From Ignavibacteriota bacterium (lineage in GTDB: Bacteria > Bacteroidota > Ignavibacteria > UBA10030), in contig OY969585.1 in NCBI GenBank assembly GCA_963701295.1, positions 1,152,001 through 1,216,000 of the forward strand: DNA of 64,000 bases, in the 5' to 3' direction. Both the position numbers and the translations under genes were made by a program. This document shows positions 38,546 to 49,520 of this stretch, piece after piece. Under the pieces are notes generated by a model. The model was not told the origin of the DNA. It did no database searches and was given only the letters and a program-made list of their open reading frames with translations. Every line of letters begins with the position of its first letter. Position 1 is the first letter of the stretch.

Positions 38546-41293
38546 ATGAACACACAGGAACTTTCGAAAGCATATAATCCAAAAGAAGTCGAAGATAAGT
38601 GGTACTCTTTCTGGGAATCCAACCGGCTGTTTCATGCAACCGTCAATCAAGATAAAACACCATATACGGTCGTCATTCCCCCGCCGAATATTACCGGCAT
38701 CCTCACCATGGGTCACGTGCTGAACAACACCTTGCAGGATGTATTTGTCCGGTGGAAGCGAATGCAGGGATTTGAAGCATGTTGGATCCCCGGCACCGAC
38801 CATGCTGGTATCGCTACTCAGAATGCTGTTGAAAAATCTCTTGCAATAGAAGGCAAGCATCGCCGCGATCTCGGACGCGAAAAATTTATCGCACTCGTGT
38901 GGCAGTGGCGAGATAAATACGGCAGCACTATAATAAAGCAGCTGAGAAAATTAGGCGTCTCCTGCGATTGGGAACGTGAACGTTTCACCATGGACAAAGG
39001 ATTGTCGAATGCAGTAAAAGAAGTCTTCATCCGACTATTCGAAAAAGGACTCGTGTACCGCGGCAAATACATCGTCAACTGGTGCCCACAGCACCAGACC
39101 GCACTGAGCGATGACGAGGTCGATCACTCAGAGACGAACGGGAATCTCTATCATATTAAGTACCCAATTGTCAGTTCAAGCGAATTCGCCGTTGTCGCTA
39201 CCACGCGGCCGGAAACCATGCTCGGCGATACAGCACTGTGTGTGCATCCAAAAGACGAGCGGTACAAGCATTTAATCGGGAAGACTGCGATTCTTCCCAT
39301 CGTCGGACGCAAACTTCCCATCATCGCCGATGATTATATCGACCTGAGCTTCGGAACCGGCGTCATGAAAGTAACTCCGGCACATGATACAAACGATTTC
39401 CTTCTTGGCCAGCGGCATGAACTTGAACAGTTAAACGTCCTTGATGAAACCGGACACTTAAATGCGGCTGTACCAAAGCAATACGAAGGTATGGACAGGT
39501 TCGAATGCCGCAAGCAGCTTGTGAAAGATTTGGAAGCACAAGGTTTCTTGGTGAAAGTTGAACCGTATGTGCACAATATCGGCAAGTGCTATCGCTGTCA
39601 CACTATCATCGAGCCGTGGCTGTCCGATCAGTGGTTTGTGAAAATGAAACCGCTCGCCGCTCCGGCACTGCGCGTTGTGTACGAAGGCAAAGTCCGTTTT
39701 CATCCGGATCGCTGGACGAAAGTATATGAACACTGGATGACGAACATCCGGGATTGGTGCATCTCGCGGCAAATCTGGTGGGGGCATCGGATTCCCGTCT
39801 ATTATACACCCGATGGCAACTACACCGCAGCACGCAGTGAAGAAGAAGCGCGCAAGAAACTTGGTGTCGGTTCAGAAACCACTATTCGACAAGACGAAGA
39901 TGTACTTGATACGTGGTTCTCGTCGTGGCTCTGGCCATTCTCCACGCTTGGCTGGCCGGAAGACAATGCAGATTTGCATTACTTCAATCCGACCAGCACA
40001 TTGGTCACGGCACCCGATATTATTTTCTTCTGGGTCGCACGCATGATTATGGCGAACATGGAATTCATGAAAGGTACTCCGGGACGCGACGGTAAGCCGC
40101 GCAAAAAAGATGATGACCTGATTCCATTCAGTGATGTGTACTTCACGAGCATCATTCGTGATATGGAGGGACGTAAGATGAGCAAGTCGCTCGGCAACTC
40201 TCCTGATCCGCTTGATGTCATTGAACAGTACGGCGCCGATGCATTGCGTTTCACCATTGCGTACCTTGCGCCGCTTGGTCAGGATGTATTGTTCTCCGCA
40301 GAAAAATGCGAGATAGGCAGAAATTTTGCCAACAAAATCTGGAACGCTGGCCGCTTCTTGCTAATGAATAAAAACGAAATTCTTGGTGATATGAAAATCT
40401 CTCTCGATACACTGCCGACAGACCATCTCGATCTTGCCGACCGTTGGATACTCTCGCGGCTCAATCAAGCAATCAAAGCGTTCAACACTTCACTCAACGA
40501 ATTTCATGTCAACGAAGCCACCAAGCTCATCTACGACTTCATCTGGCATGATTTCTGCGATTGGTATGTGGAATTGGTCAAGACCCGCTTCTATGGTGAA
40601 GAACCGAAGGAAGCAAAAACTGCTGTTGTCACGCGCGCGCTCTGGATTTATGATCAAGCATTGCGCCTGCTGCATCCTGTGATGCCGTTTATTTCGGAAG
40701 AACTCTGGCAGCACCTCACAGATCGAAAAGGACAATCGCTTGTGCGCGCTGAATTCCCCGTCGTGTACAAGCGTTACATCAACCAGACGATCGAAGATGA
40801 ATTAAATTTTGTCATTAAAGTTGTCGAAGCAGTTCGGAATATACGCGGCGAGCTGAATGTTGCACCTTCGAAGCAGATAGAAGTGCATATGCACTTATTC
40901 GGAGAAATGGATGAAGAATTCCCGGAAAGTGCCAGTAATATACAAGGACTTCTCAGTTATATCGACCGCCTGTGCCGTGCGAAAACAGTGACAACATGGG
41001 ATGGTAAATCAAAGAAGTTCGAACGCCCCAAAGCTTCCGCAAGCGCAGTAGTGGATGGAACGGAAATCTTTGTGCCGCTGGAAGGCATTATCGATCTCGA
41101 TACCGAACGGAAGCGATTAGAAAAAGAAATCGCACGCCTGCATGGATTGGTAGACGGTATCGAAAGAAAATTAGCGAATGCAAGTTTTGTCGAGAAAGCA
41201 CCAAAGGATGTTGTGGAAAAGGAACACGAGAAGCAGAAGAATATTACGATGAATATGGAGAAGCTGAAAGCAAGTCTAGAGCAGCTAAAATAA
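38546..41293 (+). CDS. valS: Valine--tRNA ligase
   Basis: PPPNITG, DHAGIATQ, DWCISRQIWWGH, KMSKS, C-terminal coiled coil. Confidence 0.98.
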   Translation: MNTQELSKAYNPKEVEDKWYSFWESNRLFHATVNQDKTPYTVVIPPPNITGILTMGHVLNNTLQDVFVRWKRMQGFEACWIPGTDHAGIATQNAVEKSLAIEGKHRRDLGREKFIALVWQWRDKYGSTIIKQLRKLGVSCDWERERFTMDKGLSNAVKEVFIRLFEKGLVYRGKYIVNWCPQHQTALSDDEVDHSETNGNLYHIKYPIVSSSEFAVVATTRPETMLGDTALCVHPKDERYKHLIGKTAILPIVGRKLPIIADDYIDLSFGTGVMKVTPAHDTNDFLLGQRHELEQLNVLDETGHLNAAVPKQYEGMDRFECRKQLVKDLEAQGFLVKVEPYVHNIGKCYRCHTIIEPWLSDQWFVKMKPLAAPALRVVYEGKVRFHPDRWTKVYEHWMTNIRDWCISRQIWWGHRIPVYYTPDGNYTAARSEEEARKKLGVGSETTIRQDEDVLDTWFSSWLWPFSTLGWPEDNADLHYFNPTSTLVTAPDIIFFWVARMIMANMEFMKGTPGRDGKPRKKDDDLIPFSDVYFTSIIRDMEGRKMSKSLGNSPDPLDVIEQYGADALRFTIAYLAPLGQDVLFSAEKCEIGRNFANKIWNAGRFLLMNKNEILGDMKISLDTLPTDHLDLADRWILSRLNQAIKAFNTSLNEFHVNEATKLIYDFIWHDFCDWYVELVKTRFYGEEPKEAKTAVVTRALWIYDQALRLLHPVMPFISEELWQHLTDRKGQSLVRAEFPVVYKRYINQTIEDELNFVIKVVEAVRNIRGELNVAPSKQIEVHMHLFGEMDEEFPESASNIQGLLSYIDRLCRAKTVTTWDGKSKKFERPKASASAVVDGTEIFVPLEGIIDLDTERKRLEKEIARLHGLVDGIERKLANASFVEKAPKDVVEKEHEKQKNITMNMEKLKASLEQLK

Positions 41294-41339
41294 TGCTCTG
41301 ATACTTATTACTTTTCACTTAGTAGTTATTACTTGAACT

Positions 41340-41714
41340 ATGTATACAGTCACTATCGAAACAGAATTCTCCGCTGCGCACATCATCCGTGGATATAATG
41401 GTCCATGTTCCCGGCTTCATGGACATAATTGGAAGGTAACTGTCGAAACCAAGACCGATGTGCTTGATACTATCGGCATGAGCGTCGATTTCTATGTGCT
41501 GCAGAAGAAGACCGAAGAGATAGTAGCAAAATTTGATCACCGCGATATGAACAGCATTCCGCCGTTTGATAAAGAACTCAATCCAACATCGGAAAATATT
41601 GCTCGGTACATTTATGATGAACTGAAAAAACTATTGCCTCCGCAGGTAAAACTCTCATTCGTAGCCATTGGAGAGACCAGACAGTATACAGCAAAGTTTT
41701 CAGAGGATCATTAA
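41340..41714 (+). CDS. queD: 6-carboxy-5,6,7,8-tetrahydropterin synthase
   Basis: FSAAH, C..LHGHNW, NPTSENIA. Confidence 0.95.
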   Translation: MYTVTIETEFSAAHIIRGYNGPCSRLHGHNWKVTVETKTDVLDTIGMSVDFYVLQKKTEEIVAKFDHRDMNSIPPFDKELNPTSENIARYIYDELKKLLPPQVKLSFVAIGETRQYTAKFSEDH

Positions 41715-41729
41715 TCCATTGAGATATCA

Positions 41730-42389
41730 ATGACAACACCATCACAAGACACACTCATCATCAATGAAATCTTTTTCAGCATCCAAGGTGAATCGACACG
41801 CATTGGACGGCCATGTGTCTTTGTCCGGTTGACGTCATGTGATCTTCGATGCAGTTGGTGCGACACGGCATATGCTTTCGAGGAAGGCACCGAACTGAAC
41901 ATAAATGCTATTCTTCAAAAGGTCAAAGAATACGGATGTAATCTTGTTGAAATCACCGGCGGAGAACCGCTGCTGCAGGAGAATGTTCATCCGTTGATGC
42001 GGCGTCTCTGCGATGAAGCGTTTGAGGTAATGATTGAGACCGGCGGCCACCATGATATCAGCAGGATTGATCCCCGTGTAAAACGAGTTATGGACATTAA
42101 GTGTCCCGGCAGTAAGATGGAAAAGCGAAATCGATGGGAAAACGTTGAAATGCTCAATGCTCATGATGAAGTAAAATTTGTCATTGCTGATTATGCCGAT
42201 TATAAATGGGCAAAACATGTACTCCTGCAATATCAATTGGATAAACGCTGTCCGATTCTTATGTCACCTGTGTTTGGTACATTAGAAAATCGTACATTAG
42301 CAGAGTGGATCCTGCATGATCGTCTTCGTGTCCAATTTCAGCTGCAAATGCATAAATATATTTGGGATCCGACAGCAAGAGGAGTATAA
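41730..42389 (+). CDS. queE: 7-carboxy-7-deazaguanine synthase (radical SAM)
   Basis: [31 protein letters not shown]. Confidence 0.95.
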   Translation: MTTPSQDTLIINEIFFSIQGESTRIGRPCVFVRLTSCDLRCSWCDTAYAFEEGTELNINAILQKVKEYGCNLVEITGGEPLLQENVHPLMRRLCDEAFEVMIETGGHHDISRIDPRVKRVMDIKCPGSKMEKRNRWENVEMLNAHDEVKFVIADYADYKWAKHVLLQYQLDKRCPILMSPVFGTLENRTLAEWILHDRLRVQFQLQMHKYIWDPTARGV

Positions 42390-42390
42390 C

Positions 42391-42750
42391 GTGAATCCAA
42401 TCGATAAACTTGAAACTTTCGACAACAAGTATCCAAACCGTGATTATACTATTACGATCGTGAATCCGGAATTCACTTCCGTCTGCCCCAAAACAGGCCT
42501 GCCCGACTTCGGCACAATCACCATACATTATATTCCGGCAAAGAAATGCATTGAATTGAAATCGCTCAAATATTATTTTATGGAATATCGTTCGATGGGA
42601 ATTTTCTATGAGACAGTCACAAATAGAATCTTAGACGACCTTGTTTCCGTGCTCCATCCGAAATGGATGGAAGTCACGGGTGCGTTCACGGCACGTGGCG
42701 GTATTACTACCACGGTGAAAACTGTGCATTCAAAAAAAGGAAAACACTAG
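42391..42750 (+). CDS. queF: preQ0 reductase (type I)
   Basis: [26 protein letters not shown]; GTG start after GAGGAG. Confidence 0.95.
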   Translation: MNPIDKLETFDNKYPNRDYTITIVNPEFTSVCPKTGLPDFGTITIHYIPAKKCIELKSLKYYFMEYRSMGIFYETVTNRILDDLVSVLHPKWMEVTGAFTARGGITTTVKTVHSKKGKH

Positions 42751-42755
42751 GGTCG

Positions 42756-43460
42756 ATGAGCAAGCCTCGTGCGGTTGTTCTTGTAAGCGGAGGGATGGAT
42801 AGCTGTGTTACCGCTGCCATTGCCAATCTTGAATACAATCCAGCGTTTCTCCATATTAACTATGGACAGAGAACCGAGCGGCGGGAATTGAAAGCCTTCC
42901 ACGCGCTTGCCGATCATTTTGGTATTGGAAAACGTTTGATTGCCGAGCTTACACATTTGAACAAGATTGGCGGATCGAGCCTTACAGATAAAAATATCAG
43001 AATTACAAAAGCTGATCCGGAAAAACTTTTTCAAGCGGCAAAAAACGAGATTCCAACATCCTATGTCCCGTTTCGCAATGCGAATATTCTCTCCGTTGCA
43101 GTAAGTTGGGCGGAAGTTATCGGCGCTCAAAAAATATTTATCGGTGCAGTAGAGGAAGACAGTTCAGGATATCCCGACTGCCGGAAAGAATTCTATGATG
43201 CTTTCAATACCATGATCGATCTCGGAACAAAACCGGAAACAAAAATTGCCATCGTTACACCGGTAATTGACTTAAAAAAATCGGACATTGTGAAACGAGG
43301 AAAAGAATTAAAAGCGCCATTTGAATTAACGTGGTCGTGTTATAAAAATGAAGACATTGCGTGCGGTATTTGCGATAGCTGCGCATTACGTCTGCGTGCC
43401 TTCCAAATCGCAGGGATGGAAGATCCGATACCATATTTAATCAGGCCAAAATATTATTGA
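42756..43460 (+). CDS. queC: 7-cyano-7-deazaguanine synthase
   Basis: SGGMDS, YVPFRN, GYPDCR, TWSCY, CGICDSC. Confidence 0.96.
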   Translation: MSKPRAVVLVSGGMDSCVTAAIANLEYNPAFLHINYGQRTERRELKAFHALADHFGIGKRLIAELTHLNKIGGSSLTDKNIRITKADPEKLFQAAKNEIPTSYVPFRNANILSVAVSWAEVIGAQKIFIGAVEEDSSGYPDCRKEFYDAFNTMIDLGTKPETKIAIVTPVIDLKKSDIVKRGKELKAPFELTWSCYKNEDIACGICDSCALRLRAFQIAGMEDPIPYLIRPKYY

Positions 43461-43540
43461 CTTAACCTTTTTCATCCAGTACTTTGTCTTATGCTAAAAA
43501 GATAAAAATATTTTTTAAATGATTTTTTTTGCGGGGTTCT

Positions 43541-44269
43541 ATGTTTCCGTCGGAAATTCTTCGCAATATTATCAAACTTTTCCAACTCCTCTCTCGTGGA
43601 TTCAAATCGAGTTTCTCGCTCAACCCATCAGAGAAAATTAAGAACCAGACCGGAGCCAATCGGCCGATCCCGGTTGCACACCGTAATATTTGTCCGCACT
43701 GCAAGCTTGATATTCCGGACGGCGCACGGGTCTGTCATCACTGTCATCAATTTGTGAGTGTACGATTCAATCTTGCGAATGTTATCACCATCATTGTATC
43801 TGTGGCAGCAGTTTCTATGTCGGTCTACTCGCTCTATATGACAGCTTCACAGGCACATGTAGCAAAGGATATTGAGAGCCGTCGCTTCCTCATCGAAACA
43901 CTCGACAATATGCATAAAACTCAGGGTGAACTGCAAGCATCAAGAGAAAAAGGAGGCGATGAAGACAATCTGAGCGAGAAAGAAATTTTACTTTTGAATT
44001 ACTACGAGGTTCTCTCCCGGACACTTGCACAGTACATCAAACTGGAACCGACGCTCTTCGTGAAGGCACGCTGCACGTACGAACCTTTCCTCCCGATTCG
44101 GCAAAGTCCCTCTGAAAAATCAAAAAAAATCGGCGCAGTATATAAAGATGAGGAAGTGTTTCGACTCGGTAAGTTTTCCTATGGGAGGAGCGAGGATTGG
44201 TACTATATTGCCAGCGCCGATCAGCAAAAAATTGGGTGGGTGCATAAATATCTAGAAATAGTGCAATAG
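43541..44269 (+). CDS. Hypothetical protein: zinc ribbon + TM helix + SH3-like C-terminus
   Basis: CPHC...CHHC; one TM helix; terminal DWYYI...IGWV; start uncertain. Confidence 0.6.
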   Translation: MFPSEILRNIIKLFQLLSRGFKSSFSLNPSEKIKNQTGANRPIPVAHRNICPHCKLDIPDGARVCHHCHQFVSVRFNLANVITIIVSVAAVSMSVYSLYMTASQAHVAKDIESRRFLIETLDNMHKTQGELQASREKGGDEDNLSEKEILLLNYYEVLSRTLAQYIKLEPTLFVKARCTYEPFLPIRQSPSEKSKKIGAVYKDEEVFRLGKFSYGRSEDWYYIASADQQKIGWVHKYLEIVQ

Positions 44270-44279
44270 CGTCAGAAAA

Positions 44280-44327
44280 ACCTTCGTAAGGTTTCTTATG
44301 ATAATCCTTTGAGAACTTTGCGAAGGG
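44280..44327. repeat. REP-like inverted repeat between convergent genes
   Basis: ACCTTCGTAAGGTT ... AACTTTGCGAAGGG. Confidence 0.5.
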
Positions 44328-44335
44328 TATCTGGG

Positions 44336-44887
44336 TTACTCTCTCCACTTTATCGAACAGCCCATCGAGGGAATTTGTTTTAGCGCAATGGATTTTCCTT
44401 CGGCAAGATTAGCGATAGCATCCTTCAATTCTTCCTTCGTTACCTTCGATTCTTCTTGCCAGTTGTCATCAACGCGTCCGTGATACACAAGTTTTTGTTC
44501 AGTATCAAAGAGATAAATATCCGGTGTGCACCGTGCATCGAATGCCCGAGCAACCTTTTGGGTATCGTCAATAAGATATGGGAATGGAATTCCCCATTCT
44601 TTGATTTTCTTGTCCATCTCATCTGGTGCATCATCGGGATATTTGGGATTGATATTCGGGTTGATTGCCAGAACATTGATCTCTCGTTCCATTGCATATC
44701 GGCCTAAGCGGATCATCCGCGGCCACACCGCTTTTGCATAGGGACAATGATTGCAGGTGAAAACGACCAATAATCCTTTCTTTCCGACTGCATAATCACT
44801 TATATGGATAACACCATTGGGATCTTTTAAGATGAATTTCGGCATAATCATGCCAAGTGGAACATCTACTGATTCTAAAAGTGCCAT
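44336..44887 (-). CDS. Thioredoxin-like/AhpC-TSA family redoxin
   Basis: CNHCPY, FPYL.D.TQ.VA, ARCTPD, YHGRVDD, SMGCSIKW. Confidence 0.92.
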   Translation of the reverse strand: MALLESVDVPLGMIMPKFILKDPNGVIHISDYAVGKKGLLVVFTCNHCPYAKAVWPRMIRLGRYAMEREINVLAINPNINPKYPDDAPDEMDKKIKEWGIPFPYLIDDTQKVARAFDARCTPDIYLFDTEQKLVYHGRVDDNWQEESKVTKEELKDAIANLAEGKSIALKQIPSMGCSIKWRE

Positions 44888-45125
44888 TGAATCTTCTCCT
44901 ATTTATAGATAGAACCATCATGAATCTAAAAAAAGTTTCCAAGAGTTGCAGGCGCTTGCAATTTATATGAAATTGGCTGACATTTAATCGTCTCTGAAAA
45001 ACTTCAGTTCCCAAAAAATGTGAATACGAACCGTTGAGTATTCAGTAATTCACTCATTGAATTGCATATCACACTGAACGGCCAATACATCAATCTGTCA
45101 ATCGAATTAACACATTGAGGCTCCA

Positions 45126-46835
45126 ATGAAACGTACTCCCAAGCTTAATAAAGTTCATCACATTGATTCTATCCAAGACATGCTCATCAAGTCTGCGGGT
45201 AAGCATGGTGATAAGCTTGCATTGGAAGATTTGAGGGACACACCTATTCCCAAGGCGAGCTATAACTCGCTGTTGAAGTATGTGCTGAAGTTCGGTACAG
45301 CGCTCCGTGAACTCGGACTCCCCGAGCGAAGTCATATTGCTGTCATCGGCGAGAACCGCGTGCAGTGGAGTATAACATATCTGACAGCCCTGTGCTTCAA
45401 TTATGTCATTGTTCCTATTGATGCCAAATTGAACACTAATGAAATCCTCAACATCATTTATGAATCCGATGCAAGCGCTATCGTTTTCTCCGAATCATTC
45501 GATACAATGCTTCGGGAAGAAAAACGTGCGCTGAAACATCTACGATATTATATCAACATGGATTTGCTAGCGAAGAGAGACGGATTTCTATCGATGCCGG
45601 AACTTATCAACAACAGCCGTGGCTGTACGGTCGATGCACTGCCGAGACTCGATCCAAAAGCTATGGCTGTCATTATTTTTACATCGGGTACACTGGGCAG
45701 AGCAAAAGGTGTCATGCTGAGTCAGCATAATCTTGCTGCAAACCTTATTGCGATGGTGAGTATGATGATGATTTATCCGCAGGACAGGTTTCTTTCCGTA
45801 CTGCCGATTCACCATACGTACGAATGTACATGTGGATTTCTTTGCCCGCTCTATGCAGGTGCTTCTGCACATTATGCTCGCTCACTCAAGACAGTCGTCG
45901 ATGATTTGCAACAGGTGAAGGCCACGATGCTGCTTGGCGTGCCTTTGTTGTTTGACAAAATGTTCAAACGCATTTATCATGCTATTAAAGAAAAGCGTAT
46001 TACGTCTATCATTGTTCCGCCGTTGATTAAGCTGACCGATGTTGTTGCCCGTTTCGGATGGAAGAGTGCAAAGAAAATTGTCTTCTCAGAAATCCACGAA
46101 AAATTCGGCGGGCATATTCGTGCATTCATCGCCGGTGGTGCTGCGCCCGATCCGATGGTGGCAAAGGGTCTCCGGGATTTGGGATTCACATTCGTGCAAG
46201 GCTATGGTTTGACAGAAACATCTCCGATTCTTGCACTCAATCAACTCGACAATTTCAAAGATGAAGCAGCGGGCTTACCTTTACCCGGCGTAGAACTCCG
46301 TATCGACTCAAAGAGTGAAGACAATGTTGGCGAAGTGTTGGCAAAAGGAGCGAATGTGATGATGGGCTTTTATAAAAACGAGCGGGCTACAAAAGAGGCA
46401 TTTGAAAATGGCTGGTTCAAAACTGGCGATCTCGGTTTCATCGACAGCGACGGCTTTCTCCATATTTGCGGACGGAAGAAAAACGTAATCATCTCCCGCA
46501 GCGGTAAAAATGTATATCCCGAAGAAATCGAAGATATCCTTCAGCGCAGCCCCTTTGTGCAGGAATGTCTCGTGTATGGTGAAGACGATCCAAAATTAGA
46601 TGAAATCATTTCTGCACAGATCGTAGTAGATGCAGAGGCATTCATCGAGTTATCCGAATCGCGCGGTGTGCAGATCACTCCTGAGCTTATTAACGAAATA
46701 CTCAGCGAAGAAGTAAAGAAAGCAAACGCAGAGCTCTCAAGCTTTAAACAAATTAGAAAATTCACCGTCCGTGAACAGGAGTTTGAGAAAACCACAACAC
46801 AAAAAATTAAGCGATATTTAGCGTTGCCAAAGTAA
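45126..46835 (+). CDS. Long-chain fatty acid--CoA ligase (AMP-binding)
   Basis: FTSGTLGRAKG, QGYGLTETSP, GWFKTGDLG, GKNVYPEEIE. Confidence 0.92.
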   Translation: MKRTPKLNKVHHIDSIQDMLIKSAGKHGDKLALEDLRDTPIPKASYNSLLKYVLKFGTALRELGLPERSHIAVIGENRVQWSITYLTALCFNYVIVPIDAKLNTNEILNIIYESDASAIVFSESFDTMLREEKRALKHLRYYINMDLLAKRDGFLSMPELINNSRGCTVDALPRLDPKAMAVIIFTSGTLGRAKGVMLSQHNLAANLIAMVSMMMIYPQDRFLSVLPIHHTYECTCGFLCPLYAGASAHYARSLKTVVDDLQQVKATMLLGVPLLFDKMFKRIYHAIKEKRITSIIVPPLIKLTDVVARFGWKSAKKIVFSEIHEKFGGHIRAFIAGGAAPDPMVAKGLRDLGFTFVQGYGLTETSPILALNQLDNFKDEAAGLPLPGVELRIDSKSEDNVGEVLAKGANVMMGFYKNERATKEAFENGWFKTGDLGFIDSDGFLHICGRKKNVIISRSGKNVYPEEIEDILQRSPFVQECLVYGEDDPKLDEIISAQIVVDAEAFIELSESRGVQITPELINEILSEEVKKANAELSSFKQIRKFTVREQEFEKTTTQKIKRYLALPK

Positions 46836-46928
46836 CATGCATAGTTACAACAATAAAAGGAAGTAGAACATTTAAGTTACTCGTTATTTCTAATTCATAA
46901 ATCACATCACAAATCATCGGAGGATGTT

Positions 46929-47387
46929 ATGGCAGCATCCGTTGTTCATTGGGAAATTTCTGCAATAAATTCAAAACTCTTGCAGGACTTTTATTCTAAC
47001 CTTTTCGGCTGGAATATTAATGCCGATAATCCACAACAATATGGGATGGTAGATACTGGTTTGAAAATGGGGATCAATGGAGGGATTTATCCGGGAACCG
47101 AGCAGCAGCCACATGGTGTCGTCGTCTATACCCAAGTTGAAGAAATACAAACATATTTGGATAAAGCCGTTGGCCTTGGTGGAAAAGTTATTCTCCCAAT
47201 CACTGAAATTCCCAATATGGTTACCTATGCAATGTTTGCAGATGTAGAAGGGAATATTATGGGTTTAATTAAAGGACCTCAGAGCGTACCGGAAAAATCA
47301 AAGAAAAAGAGATCAATGCGTAAACAAAAAAAGAGTAGAAAGGCGCTGAAGGTGAGGCGGGTAACAAAGAAGAAGGCACGCAGATAA
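46929..47387 (+). CDS. VOC/glyoxalase-family protein with basic C-terminal tail
   Basis: VVHWEI, FYSNLFGW, GINGG, DVEGN; K/R-rich last 30 residues. Confidence 0.88.
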   Translation: MAASVVHWEISAINSKLLQDFYSNLFGWNINADNPQQYGMVDTGLKMGINGGIYPGTEQQPHGVVVYTQVEEIQTYLDKAVGLGGKVILPITEIPNMVTYAMFADVEGNIMGLIKGPQSVPEKSKKKRSMRKQKKSRKALKVRRVTKKKARR

Positions 47388-47399
47388 TTCAGTTATATG

Positions 47400-47435
47400 A
47401 CCTTGCAAAAGCTAAATCTTTTGCAAGGTTTTTTT
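47400..47435 (+). terminator. Intrinsic terminator immediately before dinB
   Basis: ACCTTGCAAAAG-CTAAAT-CTTTTGCAAGGT + T run. Confidence 0.8.
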
Positions 47436-47437
47436 AT

Positions 47438-48595
47438 ATGGGGAAAGAAAAGAAATACATAGCCCATCTCGATCTCGATTGTTTTTTCGTTTCTGTTGAG
47501 CGCATTAAAAATCCCGATCTCATCGGTAAACTGGTTGTTGTTGGCGGCAGCGCAACCGGACGAGGCGTTGTCGCTTCCGCATCGTATGAAGCACGGAAGT
47601 TCGGTATCCATTCTGCCATGCCCACTGCACGAGCACAGAAACTGTGTCCCAACCTCATCGTTGTACGGGGAAGTCACGGCGAATACAGCTCTATCTCTCA
47701 AAGACTCTTTGAACGAATGTGTGAGCTAGCTCCCATCGTTGAACGTGCCTCCATCGATGAGATGAACATGGATTTCACCGGCTGTGAAAACCTGTACAAC
47801 AACGATCTTCCGGGATTTATGAAAACCATACAAAAGCTCGTGCTGAACGAATTTCAACTCCCCTGCACCATCGGACTCGCTTCCAACACCACTATTGCAA
47901 AGATTGCAGCAAATCGTGTAAAGCCCGCCGGTGTTATTTTTGTGCCGCATGGGAAAGAAGTCGAATACTTAGCGCCGTTCGATATTAGTGTTATTCCCGG
48001 CATCGGAAAAAAGACAGAAGAATATTTAAGAGGCAAAGGATTCCATACTGTTGCTGACATCCAGTCTAAGTCTGAGAACGAATTGTTGTCTCTTCTCGGT
48101 AAACATGGATCTTGGATTTTTCATGCCGCCAATGGACATGGTTCGGATATTATCGGAGAAGAATGGAATGCAAAGAGCATTTCACGTGAAGAAACCTTTG
48201 CAAAAGATATCGCTGACCGGAAAGAACTTGAAAAGGTCGTCTTCGAATTGACCGAGGATGTATGCCGGCAGCTCCGCGCCCATGGATGGAAGACGCATAC
48301 CGTAACACTCAAGCTCCGCTCTTCCGACTTCAAAACGATCAGTCGCGCAAAGAGCATCGACCCAACGAATGATGATACCATTGTCTCACGTGTGGCACGA
48401 GAACTTCTTCAATCCTCCTACACAGGAAAACTGCCGGTTCGACTTATTGGAGTGCGGCTTTCTAACTTCGATGAAGAAGAACAACTCAAACTCTCCCTTT
48501 TCCCATCGGATCAGAAGAAACAAAATATCCTCTGCGCCGTGGATTCCATACGAAAGAAATTTGGGGATAACGTCATTCACGTAGGCGGAGAGTAG
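47438..48595 (+). CDS. dinB: DNA polymerase IV
   Basis: HLDLDCFFVSVE, SYEARKFG, SIDE, AKIA...KP.G. Confidence 0.95.
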   Translation: MGKEKKYIAHLDLDCFFVSVERIKNPDLIGKLVVVGGSATGRGVVASASYEARKFGIHSAMPTARAQKLCPNLIVVRGSHGEYSSISQRLFERMCELAPIVERASIDEMNMDFTGCENLYNNDLPGFMKTIQKLVLNEFQLPCTIGLASNTTIAKIAANRVKPAGVIFVPHGKEVEYLAPFDISVIPGIGKKTEEYLRGKGFHTVADIQSKSENELLSLLGKHGSWIFHAANGHGSDIIGEEWNAKSISREETFAKDIADRKELEKVVFELTEDVCRQLRAHGWKTHTVTLKLRSSDFKTISRAKSIDPTNDDTIVSRVARELLQSSYTGKLPVRLIGVRLSNFDEEEQLKLSLFPSDQKKQNILCAVDSIRKKFGDNVIHVGGE

Positions 48596-48677
48596 CGTAG
48601 GGATATTCAATCGACCATCCCTACGAAGCACACAACCTTTTTGGCTTCCTTCCAACAAAAGCGTATCTTACGAATGT

Positions 48678-49520
48678 ATGGGACGATTTAAGTTTATTAT
48701 TGAATATGAAGGAACACGCTTCAGCGGCTGGCAGGTACAAAAGAATGCCCGCACTGTTCAAGGAGAAATCAACGCCGCCATAGGCAAAGTTTTTGGCACA
48801 CATAATTTTGAATTTTATGGTTCAGGCCGCACAGATGCCGGTGTTCATGCATTACAACAAGCAGCGCACCTTGAGATTAAAACGATGCTGGCACCGGAAA
48901 TCATCCGGGTGAAGCTGAATGACGAACTTCCCGCCGACATCAACATTATTGAAATCGAAAAAGCTTTTGCCGATTTCCATGCTCGACACGATGCCTTGGC
49001 GCGAAGTTATCTCTACCAAATCTCACGAAGGCGGACGGCGTTCGGCAAAAAGTTCGTATGGTGGGTCAAAGACCCGCTCGATGTGACAAAGATGCGGCAA
49101 ACAGCTGAGTTGTTCCAAGGGCTCAAGGATTTCCAATCCTTCACCGTAGACGATCCGGAAGAAAAATCTACGAAAGTGTATATTAACTCGATAGATATTC
49201 AACAGGCAGGCGATTTAATTCTTGTACGCATTGTCGGATCGCATTTTATATGGAAGATGATTCGTCAAATCGTTGGTGTACTGGTAGAAGTTGGGCGCGG
49301 AAAAATGCCGCTTAACGATGTAAAGAAATTTCTTCATACTCAATCGGATGAACCGGCAAAGCTTACGGCTCCGCCATCGGGATTGTTCCTTGAGCGCGTC
49401 TATTATAAAGGAGATATATGGTTAAAGGAATTAAAGCCGATGATGGAAATTTCCACAAAGCTATCCATGAAGTTCATAAAGAAACAAGAAAAAATACCAG
49501 GGAAGGATGAAAAAGAATAA
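48678..49520 (+). CDS. truA: tRNA pseudouridine(38-40) synthase
   Basis: YEGTRFSGWQ, GRTDAGVHA, FHAR, TAPPSGL. Confidence 0.95.
   Translation: MGRFKFIIEYEGTRFSGWQVQKNARTVQGEINAAIGKVFGTHNFEFYGSGRTDAGVHALQQAAHLEIKTMLAPEIIRVKLNDELPADINIIEIEKAFADFHARHDALARSYLYQISRRRTAFGKKFVWWVKDPLDVTKMRQTAELFQGLKDFQSFTVDDPEEKSTKVYINSIDIQQAGDLILVRIVGSHFIWKMIRQIVGVLVEVGRGKMPLNDVKKFLHTQSDEPAKLTAPPSGLFLERVYYKGDIWLKELKPMMEISTKLSMKFIKKQEKIPGKDEKE

Noticed and set aside
38198-38860. 220-aa minus-strand ORF and other antisense ORFs over housekeeping genes
   Set aside because: Overlap well-supported genes on the opposite strand and have no motifs
41294-41339. preQ1 riboswitch before queD
   Set aside because: Only 46 nt of spacer, with no recognisable aptamer
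41340-43460. queDEC plus a nearby DNA methylase as a 7-deazaguanine DNA-modification (dpd) system
   Set aside because: queF is present (tRNA queuosine route), the cluster follows valS, and no dpdA/tgt-like gene is seen
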